A stretch of 64,000 nt of DNA from Marsupella aquatica. Its lineage: Eukaryota > Plantae > Marchantiophyta. The stretch covers positions 12,585,375 through 12,649,374 of the forward strand of contig OZ316897.1 in assembly GCA_973895155.1 (NCBI GenBank), given 5' to 3'. The first letter of the stretch is position 1. Every line of letters begins with the position of its first letter. The notes beneath the pieces are model-generated. The model saw nothing but the letters and a program-made list of their open reading frames with translations. It did no database searches and was not told the origin of the DNA. Made by a program: the position numbers and the translations under genes. Below are positions 1-13,154 of the stretch, in pieces.

Positions 1-716
1 GCCAGGTAACTATACTGCCAACTGAGGAGGGCTTTCAGAGATGGAACAACCAAGGACAAGTGCACAACACAAACTCTTGATTCACCCCACACATATCATT
101 TTCGTTTTCCACACCCAAAGCATGGAAGAATTGCAGAATACCATACATAAACACGTCTCCTTACATCCTCCTTACTCCCACCAAAAAATTCATGCCTCAT
201 AAAGTTTGTCAACTTGGGAACCTTTGTACTCGGCCAAATATAGTAGTCCAGGAGTAGTGAGCAAGTTTCCGAGCAAACTTCACTTTAAAGTGCATTTTCG
301 GTGGAAAGTCTGGCTTTGAGAAATTTGTGAAGATTTAGTAAAGAGCCTAATGCATTGATGAACTGTAAGACCTTGGCTGGCTACCGGTAGTCCTTTCCAA
401 GTAGGATTGGTGTAGTGGGCTGATTCCCTGATTTGTATCGTACTACATTGACGACTTCTAAGGTTTGTGTAAGATTTCTGTATTGAAGAATTGTGGGTCT
501 AATTTGTTGGTTTAGGAGCGACTCAGGTTCTGTTGGTGTCCAACAGACTCATCAATGGGTCTAGTCTGTTGATTTAGAGACATTCTACATCGACGGAGAT
601 GCTGTGTGTTGAGACACTGGACAGTTCGCACTCCCCTACGCTAGGAGGGCAGGAAGTTGTTTGTTGTGGTTCTCATAAGGTCTGAGGGACTCAGCCCCAG
701 CTTGAGAGGCTGAACA

Positions 717-840
717 TTTGACTATTAAACCACAACTGCCCCTATAAAGAAAGGGCTACGGGTTACTATTAAGGTTTTGACTATTAAACCTTAGACTATT
801 AACCCCTATACAGAAAGGGCTACGGGTTACTATTAAGGTC
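717..840. repeat. Short tandem duplication (CCCCTATA.AGAAAGGGCTACGGGTTACTATTAAGGT x2, plus TTTGACTATTAAACC x2)
   Basis: Direct repeats are visible in the sequence. Confidence 0.8.
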
Positions 841-1798
841 TATCAGAGAAGCTGCAAATTTGGACTTCGGGACATCAGAACGGTGTGCTGGGCGAACGCT
901 TATTATCAAGGTGGGTTGCAACAAAAGCGTTGTGCTTCTGCGGAGCTTTTATCTAAAGAGCATAGTTTAAATTTGGAAACCCTGAAAGTCTATGGTGCTG
1001 AGTCCCTCACCTTCTCAGCACCATCACAGAAGCACAAATTGAGCATAGTATGTATATCCGGACGCACACAACCAGGCAGCCGCCAGCCAGCAATCCTACA
1101 GCTAAGACGATCCTGGATTCTAATCTAATCCACAAATCTAATGCAGCAGGGCGAATACAGCAGTGTTAGATTTGATGTCCTTTATTTTCGTCACTGAATA
1201 CGAGCGATACTTTTCTTTCGTGCTCATTAGGAGCTGAGGGTTTAGGGAAAAACGGGGTTGAAGTTTCAGTGAGTGAATCGGACGTAGTAGAGCATATCCA
1301 AATAATGCACACAAACACGGGAAGAAACAAGGGAAATGAACCATTCTGGATGAGAAAGGAGAGCTCTGAAGTGAGATCACCAGATGAACCGACCTAGCCC
1401 TAGGTATCGATCTGAACGAGTTACATATCATGAACCGACCAGAACCGTGCCAGATACAAAATGTGAAATGCGTTGATGCAGCTTTGGTGAGATCTATCTA
1501 CTGCCAAGCTTTCATCTACCGGTTCTCCCGTCAATTGTAATTAAACTTAATGGTGACGTACAGGGAGAATTACCTTGTTCCAGCTGAGACAAAAAGCCCT
1601 CACTATCCAAGCTCGTACCACTAAAGTAGCTGCCACTGAGGTCATTACTGCGACACTGTAATGTGGGAATTAAGGCTGCAAGCACTTATGCAACAAAGTC
1701 GCATATGAATTATAGGAGAATCCACCATAACTTTATCAATACACTTCAATGCCATGAAGTGGAAGGGGACAAAATTTGTAAGCCTACATAAAAACCAC

Positions 1799-3293
1799 CT
1801 AAGCGCCTGGAACTTCCACAGCCTCAGCAGGCTCTCCTTCGACCTCGTCACCTACAGGCCTCTCAATCTTGGTACCGACCTCCTCGCTGTAGTCCCCATG
1901 TACCTGAATCAGAAATGTAAAATTAGGGTTCCGTCATGGTACTGCACTTTGGTGCAGGACACTTCGTGCCAGATGAAATGCAACATCTGCAGTGCAGAAA
2001 TGACCTAAGAAAAAACTCTGATATCATTTCAAGTATACATTAAAAATGTCTTTCGGAGTAGATAACATTTGCAATTTAGAATTTCATGACGTGCAACAGA
2101 GTAGAATGGGCTTTGTGTAAGGTTCTCACCTCCATGAGTTTCGTCAGATCAAACTTGGGAGCCTTCAAAATCTTCACCTTGCGCACAACAGTGTTCTGCA
2201 GAGGGTAGATACCTGCGGTTGCCTTCTCAATTTCCTTTCCGATAACCTCGGGAATGAACTTGGAAACCAGTTCCTTAAGGTCACAGCTCTGGGCTTCCTT
2301 AGTCATGATCTCTCTCATCTTTCTGCGAATCTGTTGAGCGGCAATACAATCAAACATATCAGCAAAACTGCCCATTCCAATTACCCACATTTGAAAGATC
2401 ATTCATAGAATGTGAACGACGTCATTACGGAGAACGAGGATGAACTTACAGTTCTGATCTGGCTGGACTGAGCGTAGCAAGTCCTCTTTATCTGGTTCGG
2501 CCTCTTCTTCGTGAAGCCAATACAGAACAATCTCAAGACATAGTTGTCTGTTGTCTTGACATCAACGTAGGCCTCAATAAGAGACTGCCATTTGCGGACA
2601 AGGGACCGAAGCTTGTCGGTGGTGAAGTCCATACCCTGTAAGCAAAACAACGGCAATGTCAGATTTCCGGAATGTCACTGCAGAGCAAACAGAAGAATCA
2701 AGTTTAACAGAACAGGCGGTCCACGAAGAGAACTTAAAACTTACCCAGAAGTTGGTAAGAACATTTCGCCCTTGCACATCCTCAGCCCTCAACTTGATCT
2801 TCCTGAAAGCCTGGTCTTCGTCTTGCTGAAGATCAGCGAGGGAGACCTCAAACACACGACCTTTCAGGCCATCGGCAGCGATCTTCGTTCCTTGTGTTCT
2901 GGTCACGAGGGTCTTGCCCAAGCTCCGCTGAGTAAAGGTTGAAGGCGCCTTGATATCATACCAATCCTTCTTCGAGAAGGGGTCAACACTGCAGCCAAAT
3001 AAACCACCATTAAACTTCCCATCGTCGAATTCCCACCCAAACAACTACTTCTCAACCCTAAGCGAAACAATTCCGAAGGGATTGAGAGGGCTGAGACTCA
3101 CGTTTTCTTCTTTCCTCCTTTCTTCCCCTTGGAGATGCGTTTGTTTTTCCTGCAGGAGCCGCCATCACCATCAGTACCGCAATTCCATTCACAACGACAG
3201 AACGAAGGAACGATATACTACGTGACGAAAAGCAATAGTTTCACCGAAAGAACGAGTCGCATCGAACAAACGAATGTCTTACCCTACGGCCAT
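1799..3293 (-). CDS. RPS3A: 40S ribosomal protein S3a (eS1), 6 coding exons: 3283-3293, 3102-3149, 2745-2988, 2450-2635, 2130-2330, 1799-1903; 264 aa
   Basis: The spliced translation reads [35 protein letters not shown]...[17 protein letters not shown]...[20 protein letters not shown]...VPGA*. All five introns are GT-AG, and the exons sum to 795 nt with an in-frame TAG. Confidence 0.97.
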
Positions 3294-6200
3294 GGCTGCG
3301 AGCTTGCCGGAGAGAGCAGCAGCAGCAGTGCAGGAGCGGCGGCAAGGTACCGAAAGAACGAGAGCGAGGGTTTTCTCGTCCCCTTAGCCACAGAGAGAGA
3401 GAGCAGCAAACGGAGGCTCGACCGCGAGGAGAAACCCAAAGAGTCGAAAGAGTGAACGAGAGCGGACCAATGTTCCCACTCTGCCTTGCTCTGGAGCCCT
3501 AGTCCCAACGGTCTAGATTTCTCTCAATACGGACGTTCCAGATCACCTTCGGATTTCGTTCAGCGTTTCTATTTTTATAGAGCGCGAATATTCATTTTAT
3601 TGCCTTTTTTATTTAAAGTACGCGACAATTTTGACGCCGATGGACCAAATGTCTCGTCTAAGACTGCCATAGATCGTGGTTTGTGAAAATTAGAATAATT
3701 TCAAGATGATGGTTCGTTACCCCAACTCGTCTTTCATTTTTCTCGGGTCCTTGTGCCATTAAGTTTTTTGATTAGGATGTCAGAAAGACATATCAGCCCC
3801 AGCAAAATGAAAGGGACCGTTCTATTAATTTTGGAATTTATGTTTGCCACATAGATTGTGGAGTATTCTCACATCCAAAAATTACGCCTTATCATAAATG
3901 CACATAAGGTAGCTAAATTTAAATATAGCATATATAACTTCTTATAGGCCCTCGCGGTCTACAGCCAGACTTTATGCCATATCACATATCTACAGCTATA
4001 TAATAAGGGATCTCACCTTTTTTGGTCCTTTGTTTTTTGTCCCAATACAAAAACGCTCCTGGGCAGGAAAGATCCACAGTCATTGGATTCAATTAGTTAT
4101 TTTCCCTGACCATTGACGGAGGAAATGTGCACCACTGGCACATATGTGCTTCTTGCTGCCCCATAAATGCCCCGGCCCAACTCCTTATGGGCCGGCCCTC
4201 CTTGCACAGTGCAACGCACTGGCATAGGGCTCGTATGCTATATCACCATGACATCTGCTATTTCCATGAGTCACTCAGTATTTGTCCCCATGGAAAGAGT
4301 GACCAAGAAACAAACTGAATTTTCCTAGAGTCTTTACTAAATCAGGAATATTAGACCCTGCAAAGTTGCATGAAAAGGGACCCTCATCTGTTAGTTTTGA
4401 TGTCTATGTTTGTCATATATGCAATGGAGTATGTAACTCTCACATCCAAACATTGTGCCTTACCATAAAATTATGCAATCCAGACCCAAGCTTGTAGCCC
4501 TTTATGAACCTCACATCCAAGCATTATCTGTCTGATCACATTCCTTATATCACTCACATCCTTTATGTTTGTGGGTACATGTTCCTATGGGCAGACAACA
4601 GATAGAAGGGACAACTTTGGTTTGTCTAGAGCCGTCAGACACTAGCTTAGTAACAATAAGAGTTTAGGGTTTGTATATTTTTAGAAATAACCCAAATTTC
4701 AAGTAAGTTGATGTTGCTTCGTTTCTATATTATAACTCAGACAATCATTTTCATGTAATCCATCCCTTAAACCGCCTCTGCAATCTTGATGTGATGGTGG
4801 CTTTCAGATTCATAGATTTCTCAATTACAGAGCCCCTTGAGATGAGCCCTCTTGTTGTCAGTTGTCAATTAATCAAATGCTGGACTGCTACCTGAAGGTA
4901 AATTAGTACCAAATTTTGTTATTTACATTTGATGTTAGTAATTCTGATTCTTGGAGAATCACAAATTTTGAAGAGAGTTACTGACATGCATAGTGAAGTC
5001 CATTTGGTAGATGTACAAAAGTGCATGTGCCTTGTTGCTGGAAATATATACCTGTGGCTTACTTATGTGGCTTACTTATGTGGCTTACTTGTCACCTTAG
5101 TCTAGCCTGGAATAAATTTAATATCCCCCACCTCTTCTTGAGTGATTGAAATGCAGTCATGTGGCGGATTGAGGGTTCTGCACCTGTCCCGCCTTTCACA
5201 CTCACCAAAAGTGTCCATAAGCAGTTCAAACACAAAAAAAGCTGAAGCAACAAATGCACTCACCAGAGCGGCTGCAGGGACGTTCGATCGAAGAAGGTTG
5301 ATCACCACCATCAACCAGTCTTGCCAGGATCTATCCATATGGTGGATGATTGGATGATTGCCAGTCTTGGAACCGAAAATGTTGTGGCCCAACACTAGGG
5401 TGCACATACCCGGGCATCGCGGGGGCTTGAAAATGGGCCCATGGGCTTGTATCCCTCCCCAGCCAGGCCCAATAGTAGACTGGTGGGAGTGCTATGAAGG
5501 GCTTACTGAAAGCTAGGGCCTGAAATTTCACACTAGGGTGTCAAAAAGCGTCATAGTTAGCAATCATGACATTTGGCTGTAAACAAATGGCCATAGCTTT
5601 TCACAGGGTCATCTAATTTTAAAGTTTTTTTTCACTTGCCTCATTCTGACTTATCATCATGGTATATGACCAATATGGCAAAAGCTTATGGAACATGAAT
5701 TTGGCAGTCTATAATGTTTTTCTCCTGACCTGAACTACTAAATTAAGGTCTACTAAGTTAAGCTTTATTAAATAATAACTAACTTACGGTCCATCAAATT
5801 TTGAGGTTTGAAACCCCCCCCTTACTTTTTTCTCTCTGTCAAATAACTTACAACTGCTGTACTAAGTTAAGGTCTATCACATTTTGAAGTTTGAGATACT
5901 AAGTAGTGTACCGGATGGATCAGTTTAGAGTAGTGATCAGCCCTGAGAACATCATTCTGCTTCAATGCTCTTATGATGATGTTTCTGCATTGCTGCGATG
6001 ATTTTTCTGCATAGAATGGTGTTTGATTGTCTAGGGGTCGGGGTTTAGGGTGACAGGTTTATGCCTGAATTCACCCCATTATGCATGAACTCTGCTGCGA
6101 ATGCCTCCTTCTGAATTCATGCATAGACAGTTGAATTGATGAAATACAGCCTTGCAACAGCTCAATCAAGAGCATTGACAGCGTCCAAGTCTGGTAGTGC

Positions 6201-7265
6201 AGCTTCCAGAGAAGAGAATGGAAACAAAGACCTATAAGTAAATTGATTACTGCTCTCGGAGTGGTTCCCTATCGAGGTTCTCTGTACCAGTCATGCGGAT
6301 TTTGTGATAAATTTTCCCTTCTTGCATATATTTCACAAGTGCGATTATCGATAGGTTGGTTGATTTAGGGTTTAGAGTCTTAACCCGAAACTCTAAATCA
6401 CGTTTGTACGTGCATTTGTGGCAAGATGGTTTCTTTCAGCGAATTCTGAGTGTGTGACAATGAGCGCCAATGATGTAGTCTTTCGGAGTTTCTTTCGTGT
6501 CGAGAAATAATATAGAACGATTGTTGTGGACGCGCGAACAGGCCCCAAATAGTTACTTGGCGTCGATGAGATTGCTATGCGATCCATATATTCGCCGAAG
6601 TTATCGCGTTCTCTTCATCGTTCTGATCGATCGCCTGAGTTACTGCGTGATTTCATCGGACTACTTGTATGATTCCGCATCCTTGTGCTTTGGATGAGGT
6701 CAAGGTCGATGTCTACGTCAACCTGAAGGTCATGGTATAACTACGTCCAGTTCAGAAGCCCGGATGGAAATCATCGCCAACCAGAGTGACATTGAACGTT
6801 CACTCGGAGCACTCGTTAGAAATGTCACAAAAAGGATGGTTACGCGGGGATACCATGAGTCCCAACACAGCTAGTCATCAGGTAACGAGGATCAGTCAGT
6901 TCACAATTTCGTGTTCCACTAACGAAGCACATTGCAACTCAACAAAGTTTTGCCATAGGGAAGGCCATTATTGGGAGTGGAGAACTCCAGCAACTTGTCA
7001 TGTAGGGATGGTAGACAAATGAACGGGCTTGGCTATTCGTATCATTTTGATACCATCTATCGCCGCTAGTAAGACCAAGTCCCTGCTCAAGTCTGTCGCC
7101 CCTACGAAGACCGTCACTCTGTATATATTCACACCACGAATAGATATCTGCTAACTCAAGTGCAGGTTTGATTGGGATGGAAGTTCGGATATGTTGGCAG
7201 CTGAAACTGTACTGCAGATTGCTGAATATGTAGAGTTTACTTCCAGCTATGTTCTCTGGCCTATG

Positions 7266-7405
7266 TACTCTTTGCCACATCAAAGTTGGAGACTGTTTGA
7301 GGTGGTGAATACTATGATCGGTCCATACTCTCAACTCTTTGCCACATCAGAGTAGGAGACTGTTTAAGGTGGTGAACACTTGTGAACTGTCCTTACTGTC
7401 AACTG
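7266..7405. repeat. Two-copy tandem duplication of about 66 bp (ACTCTTTGCCACATCA...GGTGGTGAA.ACT...)
   Basis: A direct repeat with a few substitutions is visible. Confidence 0.75.
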
Positions 7406-7668
7406 ATAGCATCATGCAATTAATTAAACTCAATTCCAATCCGTCCAAGTAAGTACTGCACCTCTAAGCGTGCTTGACTTAATGCAGTATTTGTGGACAA
7501 CAGTGCCTCAGAGACACGTAGCTGGAAAAGTAAGTAAAGATAGGAAGCCTTGTACAGACAGACAAAATAGTGACTGTAGCTACGAATACTTTGTTAGTAT
7601 CTGGGCTCAATCCTCTGCTGTACTGAAGGGTCATGTGGCACTATAATCTCATATTGTGAGTTAGCTAG

Positions 7669-8464
7669 ATGGTAAATGACCAAGTGGTGAAGTCACATTC
7701 TGTCACCATGAAGGTATACTCTGAACAGTCGTTTTGAACTTGTTAGGTGCACAACGTTTGTCTAACTGGGAATTCTTGCTTCTTTCATGGCGCACTTACA
7801 GAATTAGGAAAAGCTCATATGTATTGAATCCGAAGTATTGACCTTTTCAGTACACACGTATAAACATTGAATTCCTCTATATGGCATGTTACAGGTTCCA
7901 GAACTTTGCTTTGAATTGCCTCCTGAAGCTAGCAACAGGCCTAGCTTCTTGATTCATCCATGAACAGATGTCGGATTTGATTGGAAGAGCATCGTTTCCA
8001 TCTCGATCTTTATCAATCTGGGCCCTAAAACAAAAGTTGATTGTGGGAACAGACGGTACTCTGGTATGAAAAAGTTGATATGCCCGGTGGTTAAGTTTTG
8101 CATGGGACTGTGGGACAAGACTCTCCCTGGTTGAAGTCTATACAACATGAAGTAAATGAAATGCCTGGACGCTCGCGGAAATGAAATTTGGAAATAGTCG
8201 TTGAATTTGACGTTACTTGATCTGAATAGAGCAGACACTTCTTCTACACTGCAATAAAAAGATGTTGGCGAGCTGATAAACGACTTTAATTGTCAAGATT
8301 GTGACACTAATGAAGAAAACATTGAAACTATCCAAGGATAGATTTAAAAAACACTGAGGTGATAACGCGTTTCTGCTTCAGGTGAAGGCGTGTGCTTCTG
8401 GTGAGAAACCCTTCACGTTTGCTATAATTGATGATCCATCATGCAACAGCTTCATCGAGAACCC
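7669..8464 (+). pseudogene. ZPR1: ZPR1 zinc-finger protein pseudogene fragment (three exon remnants: 7669-7713, 7895-~7930, ~8338-8464)
   Basis: The remnants translate to MVNDQVVKSHSVTMK | VPELCFELPPEA | IDLKNTEVI-(frameshift)-AFLLQVKACASGEKPFTFAIIDDPSCNSFIENP. This matches, in order, the ZPR1 A-domain pattern RQVVKS.SATIK/IPELDFEIPPEA/...PFTFILDDPAGNSFIENP (recalled, not searched). AG/GT splice sites are kept at 7667-68, 7714-15, 7893-94 and 8465-66. Confidence 0.8.
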
Positions 8465-9292
8465 GTAGATCTTTATGAAGAGCATCTATCTCATATTTGT
8501 AAGGCTGGCAAGGGGATTCAGGGTTACCACTACTACGTAATAAAGACATCTTAGCGTCAGCGTTAGCTGTGCAGTTATTTGCACGGAAGTCAGACACGCC
8601 TACGTCTATTAATTGAGGCTGAAGAGTACAGTAAAATAGTAAGCTCATCCCTCATTACCATGTTTGTCACTTCAAAAACTTATTAGCTCGGACCCTAATA
8701 AAACCTCTTACTACAAGTTAGCATGTTCAAGCCCAATTGTCGTCCATACACTTGTAGAGATTTAGGTACACTCAACGCAAGCCCGTGAACAATTGAACGC
8801 CGCCGGCTCCCATCTGGATCCCCTTCTTGCCCTTCTCGTCACTGTCCGCGATCGGATCCAATTTTCTTTGACCACTAGCTGCGTGGGAACAGAGTGACAA
8901 TTAGACTTCTTACCCTTAATCACTTAATCAATAAGTGCCCCTCGAGCAAGAGCACTTTAGTGCACAGAGACAACTGACAGATGATAATAGATCGAAGCTG
9001 ATGAATGGCGAACTTTGGAGCTGCATATCGTGAACATGTTCCAAGAATTTCGATTGTTCGATTGCCAACACTTACCTACTTATTTGCTTAGTATCAAGAT
9101 CTCAACGAATGGCATCTTTCTCCCGAGCAAGCTTCCTTCTTTGTTAATAATTGCCTCCGTCGGGTTCCAAGTACTAACTAAAGATACTGTTTGTGCACCA
9201 GAACTTTTTCAGGTCCTGCTAAAACATGCAATTCTTTATCCACCAACCAGGGGCAAGGCCTTTGATAGAGGGTCGTAGACCAGGCGGCTTGC

Positions 9293-9420
9293 TTGTAATT
9301 GAATATTGCATAGCTACTGCAATTAGCTATGCATAGGATGTTTGTAATTGAATATTGCCCAATTAGCTTTGCATAGGATATTTGTAATCGAATATTGCAC
9401 AATCAGCTAAGCATAGGATG
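9293..9420. repeat. Degenerate tandem repeat of about 40 bp (TTGTAATTGAATATTGC...AATTAGCT.TGCATAGGAT) x3
   Basis: Three diverged direct copies are visible. Confidence 0.7.
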
Positions 9421-12400
9421 CCAAGTTGCGTACAGTAAGCCTTTGCCGGACAATCTTCCGCTCATCCTATTGGTAAGTGTTATGCCATTGTTAGGAAATT
9501 CAGGCAAAGGTCGGCGGGCGGCTGATGGCCAGGTCCACTGAAATCCATGCCGACGATTTTCTTGAAGCGTGAAGAACTCGTACCTGCCATCACGCGCCAT
9601 ATACGGAAGCTGGTCGAAGGTGCGGGTCGCTAAAAGCCTGACATGTAGACCAGCTACCATTTATTTATGTGAGATCATGCTTGGATTGCAAAAGCTTCTC
9701 CATGACTTCGTTGGAGGGTGCCACATTCCAGTCATGCTCAGCCAAGACCTCAATCATTTCACTGTTCCACCAGCACTTTTGGGTGCTCCAATGACTGGAT
9801 CTAAAGATTTTCGCTGAAATTTTGCGTATTCTTCGTGATTCGATTTGCTGGTGTATAAATTGGAAGTTTAAATGTAGTCTCTGCTAGCTTGGATGCGCTG
9901 TATACTTCTGCCAACGCCATCAGGGAGAATTATACATGGTTTAGAATCCGGATGTACAATCATTGAGAAAACAGAGTATTTCTATTTTCCTGGAATGGGG
10001 TTCTAGAATGAAAACAGGAAGTATCTCAAAGGAGAATGCCGCTTCGGTTTTCCAGAAGAATTTTAGTAGCGGCTTCGATATCTATTGGTTCAGTAATAGA
10101 TTACTAGCTAGGTGGCCCTGTGACCTCCTCGCCCCCCTATACCTTACTAGCGGAAGCTAGCGATGCCTGCCATCGATCGATCAGCCAAACCTTTAATCGT
10201 TACCTTATGTGTGAGTGAAACCAGCCCTTAGCTATAGGCTAGCGGGATGTGCTAAGCATTACTATATATTACAGTACCACTGTGTAGGTGTATTACGGTA
10301 GATTCTAGACACGGGCCGGGCATCAAAACAAAGATCGTCACTGATTCCGAAGGACGGGACAACTGACGGCAGAAGCGAGCCATCAGAGAAGGAAAGATTG
10401 GACGCTGGGGAGCCGCCCCTGTCATCGTGTCTAAGTATTGGAATCCTGGCCCCCCATTACATTACAATCAAGTTTCTAGTGCTAGATTCTGTAGATCTCA
10501 AATCGATTTTGTGGTCCAAGAAAAGTGCAATGATATTTCCCGAATGTCCTTGGGCATTGTACAGCTTAACTTCTACTAAGATACGCTCCTGCTGTAGCTA
10601 CAGGCTATAATTAAGCTGTCAAAGGCCAAATTCACTTCAAATGCAGGTTACGTTTCCATATAATCTTTAAATACAAATTAAATACGCTGATTCGAGCAAT
10701 CAAATTCCGGTTTCGAACTGTACTGACAAGTGCTCCTCTATGCTGGATCTTTGCGTCCCTCTATGCTGGATCTTTGCGTCGTCTCTACGATCGGTACGAA
10801 AATTAAGTTGTGGTCCCATCTCTTCAAACGATTGGAATTAAACAAAGCATTCATTGTCCAGGTTCTCAGCAAAACGTCCAGAACTTTCAGTAAGAACAAT
10901 TAGTAATATTTATTTATTCACTTATTATATGTGATTGATATGATATGATATGATATTGATATCATGAGGTCGTATCCGCCAGGGAAAACAACAATGGAAT
11001 CTTCATTTTGTTGACAAAATTTCGATGATCCGTTCAGAGTAGAGCAACCTTCGACGCCAGTAAGTAAAACTAGTACCTTGCCAAGTACCTGGCCAAAGTG
11101 AGAACCAAAACAGACCATGTCGACGATTGCACTCAGAGTGGGCTCTCTGAACTAACAAGACAGAAACGCAGAAATGAATACGTGAATGTGAATCCGAATT
11201 CCTCTACAGTCGTCGGGGATTTGTTTTTTCTTCTATAATATTTTTCCTGATCTCGTGCAGTGAAAATGCTTCATACGAAGTAGCAATTTGTTAATGGAAC
11301 GCCTTGTCACTGATCAGCTGATACACATCTCAAAGTGCGGGAAGCGCATGAACTTCTAGATGCGTTGTATATTCATGGTCATTCCTCAAGTTGGAATTGC
11401 TCCAAGCCCATACCAATCCGCACTGTCATGCTAGGTATTGATCGACCCAGTCTGAGCTGGTGATTCTAAATCTACTCGCAAATACGAAATTCACAACAGG
11501 AATCTTAGGCCCTAGAAATGAATACATAAATCTTGAATTCGCTGTCTGTTATGATCTGCTGCAACAGAACTCATCTCAAAAGTATAATTGGACTAGCTTG
11601 ATTATAATCGATCGATGGACGTGTCATGTTTCTTTCATATTAGGGAAGGGGAAAGCTCGAACATTTGCAAGTCGCAAAAAACTACGAAGTACTGTAACAA
11701 TGCAGTACTGCCCCAAAAGTAAAGGAGGTGAATGGAAGGGTCTCTAACCTAGCAAACAGATCTAGTTGAATTAATTACCTTAAATTCGAAGCATCAAATT
11801 CACACTGAATTGACACGTGAATCCTCAAGCTTGCGCTCACACACGTACATGTACATAGCTCTACCATGATATCTTTCACCGAGCTAGTTCGCCACCTCCC
11901 GCCGCCACCTTTGCTCCAGGCAAGCACTCTGTATGGCGAGAAGGCCTGGTGAGAATTTCCGAATCCTCTTAGCCTCTGTCATAGTGATCCGATTCTTTCA
12001 GTAGTCTCGTATCTAGTATTCGACATAAGCTGTAAGACAATCTTAGTACAAGGGATCTTCCAACAGAATATTACCGTGAGAATAGTCGTACTAAGATCGA
12101 TCCCTCCACTAACAACAGACGTAAGACTATAATGTTTAAAAAACCAATCAACTTAATTATTCACATATCCGCGGACAAAGCTACGACGCGTTTTAATACA
12201 ATAGGTCATACGCGGCGCACAGCTGGTTTCGTACGTAGCAAATGGACGATACCAGCACATGAGGGTCAAGCTTTCATATACAGTCCGCTGAAGATGCCTG
12301 GCTTTCTGTGACTCCAAACAACCGTTACATTTCATTGCCTGTCCAAATGGCAACAACCTTACAATGGCGCATCCTGCCTGGTCGGCTGGGTGATGAGCTA

Positions 12401-13095
12401 GCTAGATATACCGTACAATGCAATTACGTCGCATATAATTAGGGACCATGTACATTAGAGGTTCGCAGATCATGTCAAACACGGTACACAAATCAAAAGT
12501 TCGAGACAAGCGCGCGAGTTAATTCTTCCCTAAATTATTTTGAAACTTCACACGTTAAATTCCCAGGTATTAACCATCTGTTCATCTGAAATTTAGTCCA
12601 ATTGCAATGAGAGAAAGCCTCAAATTTCTTTACGACTAGTTACCTTAGCTTTGAACAGTCGCTCAGTGTTCATGAGCTGAATAGAAATAGAATCTTACTT
12701 TGAAACTGAAACATTACAGAATCGCAAGTCATCGTGCATGTGTATCCTCAAAGAAATCTAAGTAACGGAAGTTGGGCTTTCGTCAGGAACATACGCAGTG
12801 CAAAAGAAATTACGCCTCTAGTTCCCTGCTCAAAAGTAAATCCCAGTTCTGACAAAAATGCCCAGCGTTTGAAATCTGCACGCAACGTACACAACTGTCC
12901 ACATCGTAGTCTAATCTAGGAATTTAACAAATGGGATATAGCTGTTGGACGCGCAATCCTGTCCAAGAAGCCCATCTAGGCGGGTGCAATGGTGATTCTA
13001 GAAGAGTCGAATCATAATTCGGTCGATGCCATGTTTTCATGATGGAAACAAAATTTGAGCTCTCAACGTACACCTCGCCAGTTCGAGTAAAGTCG

Positions 13096-13154
13096 GTCAT
13101 TTGGAGGGCAATTCCGACTGGTTAAGACCGTTGTGGAATTGCCCTACAAATGAC
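13096..13154. other. Near-perfect hairpin (20-bp stem, 19/20 complementary)
   Basis: GTCATTTGGAGGGCAATTCC (13096-13115) pairs with GGAATTGCCCTACAAATGAC (13135-13154). Confidence 0.7.

Noticed and set aside
6035-6375. TTTAGGG motifs as interstitial telomere
   Set aside because: There are only one or two isolated units, at most telo-box-like motifs.
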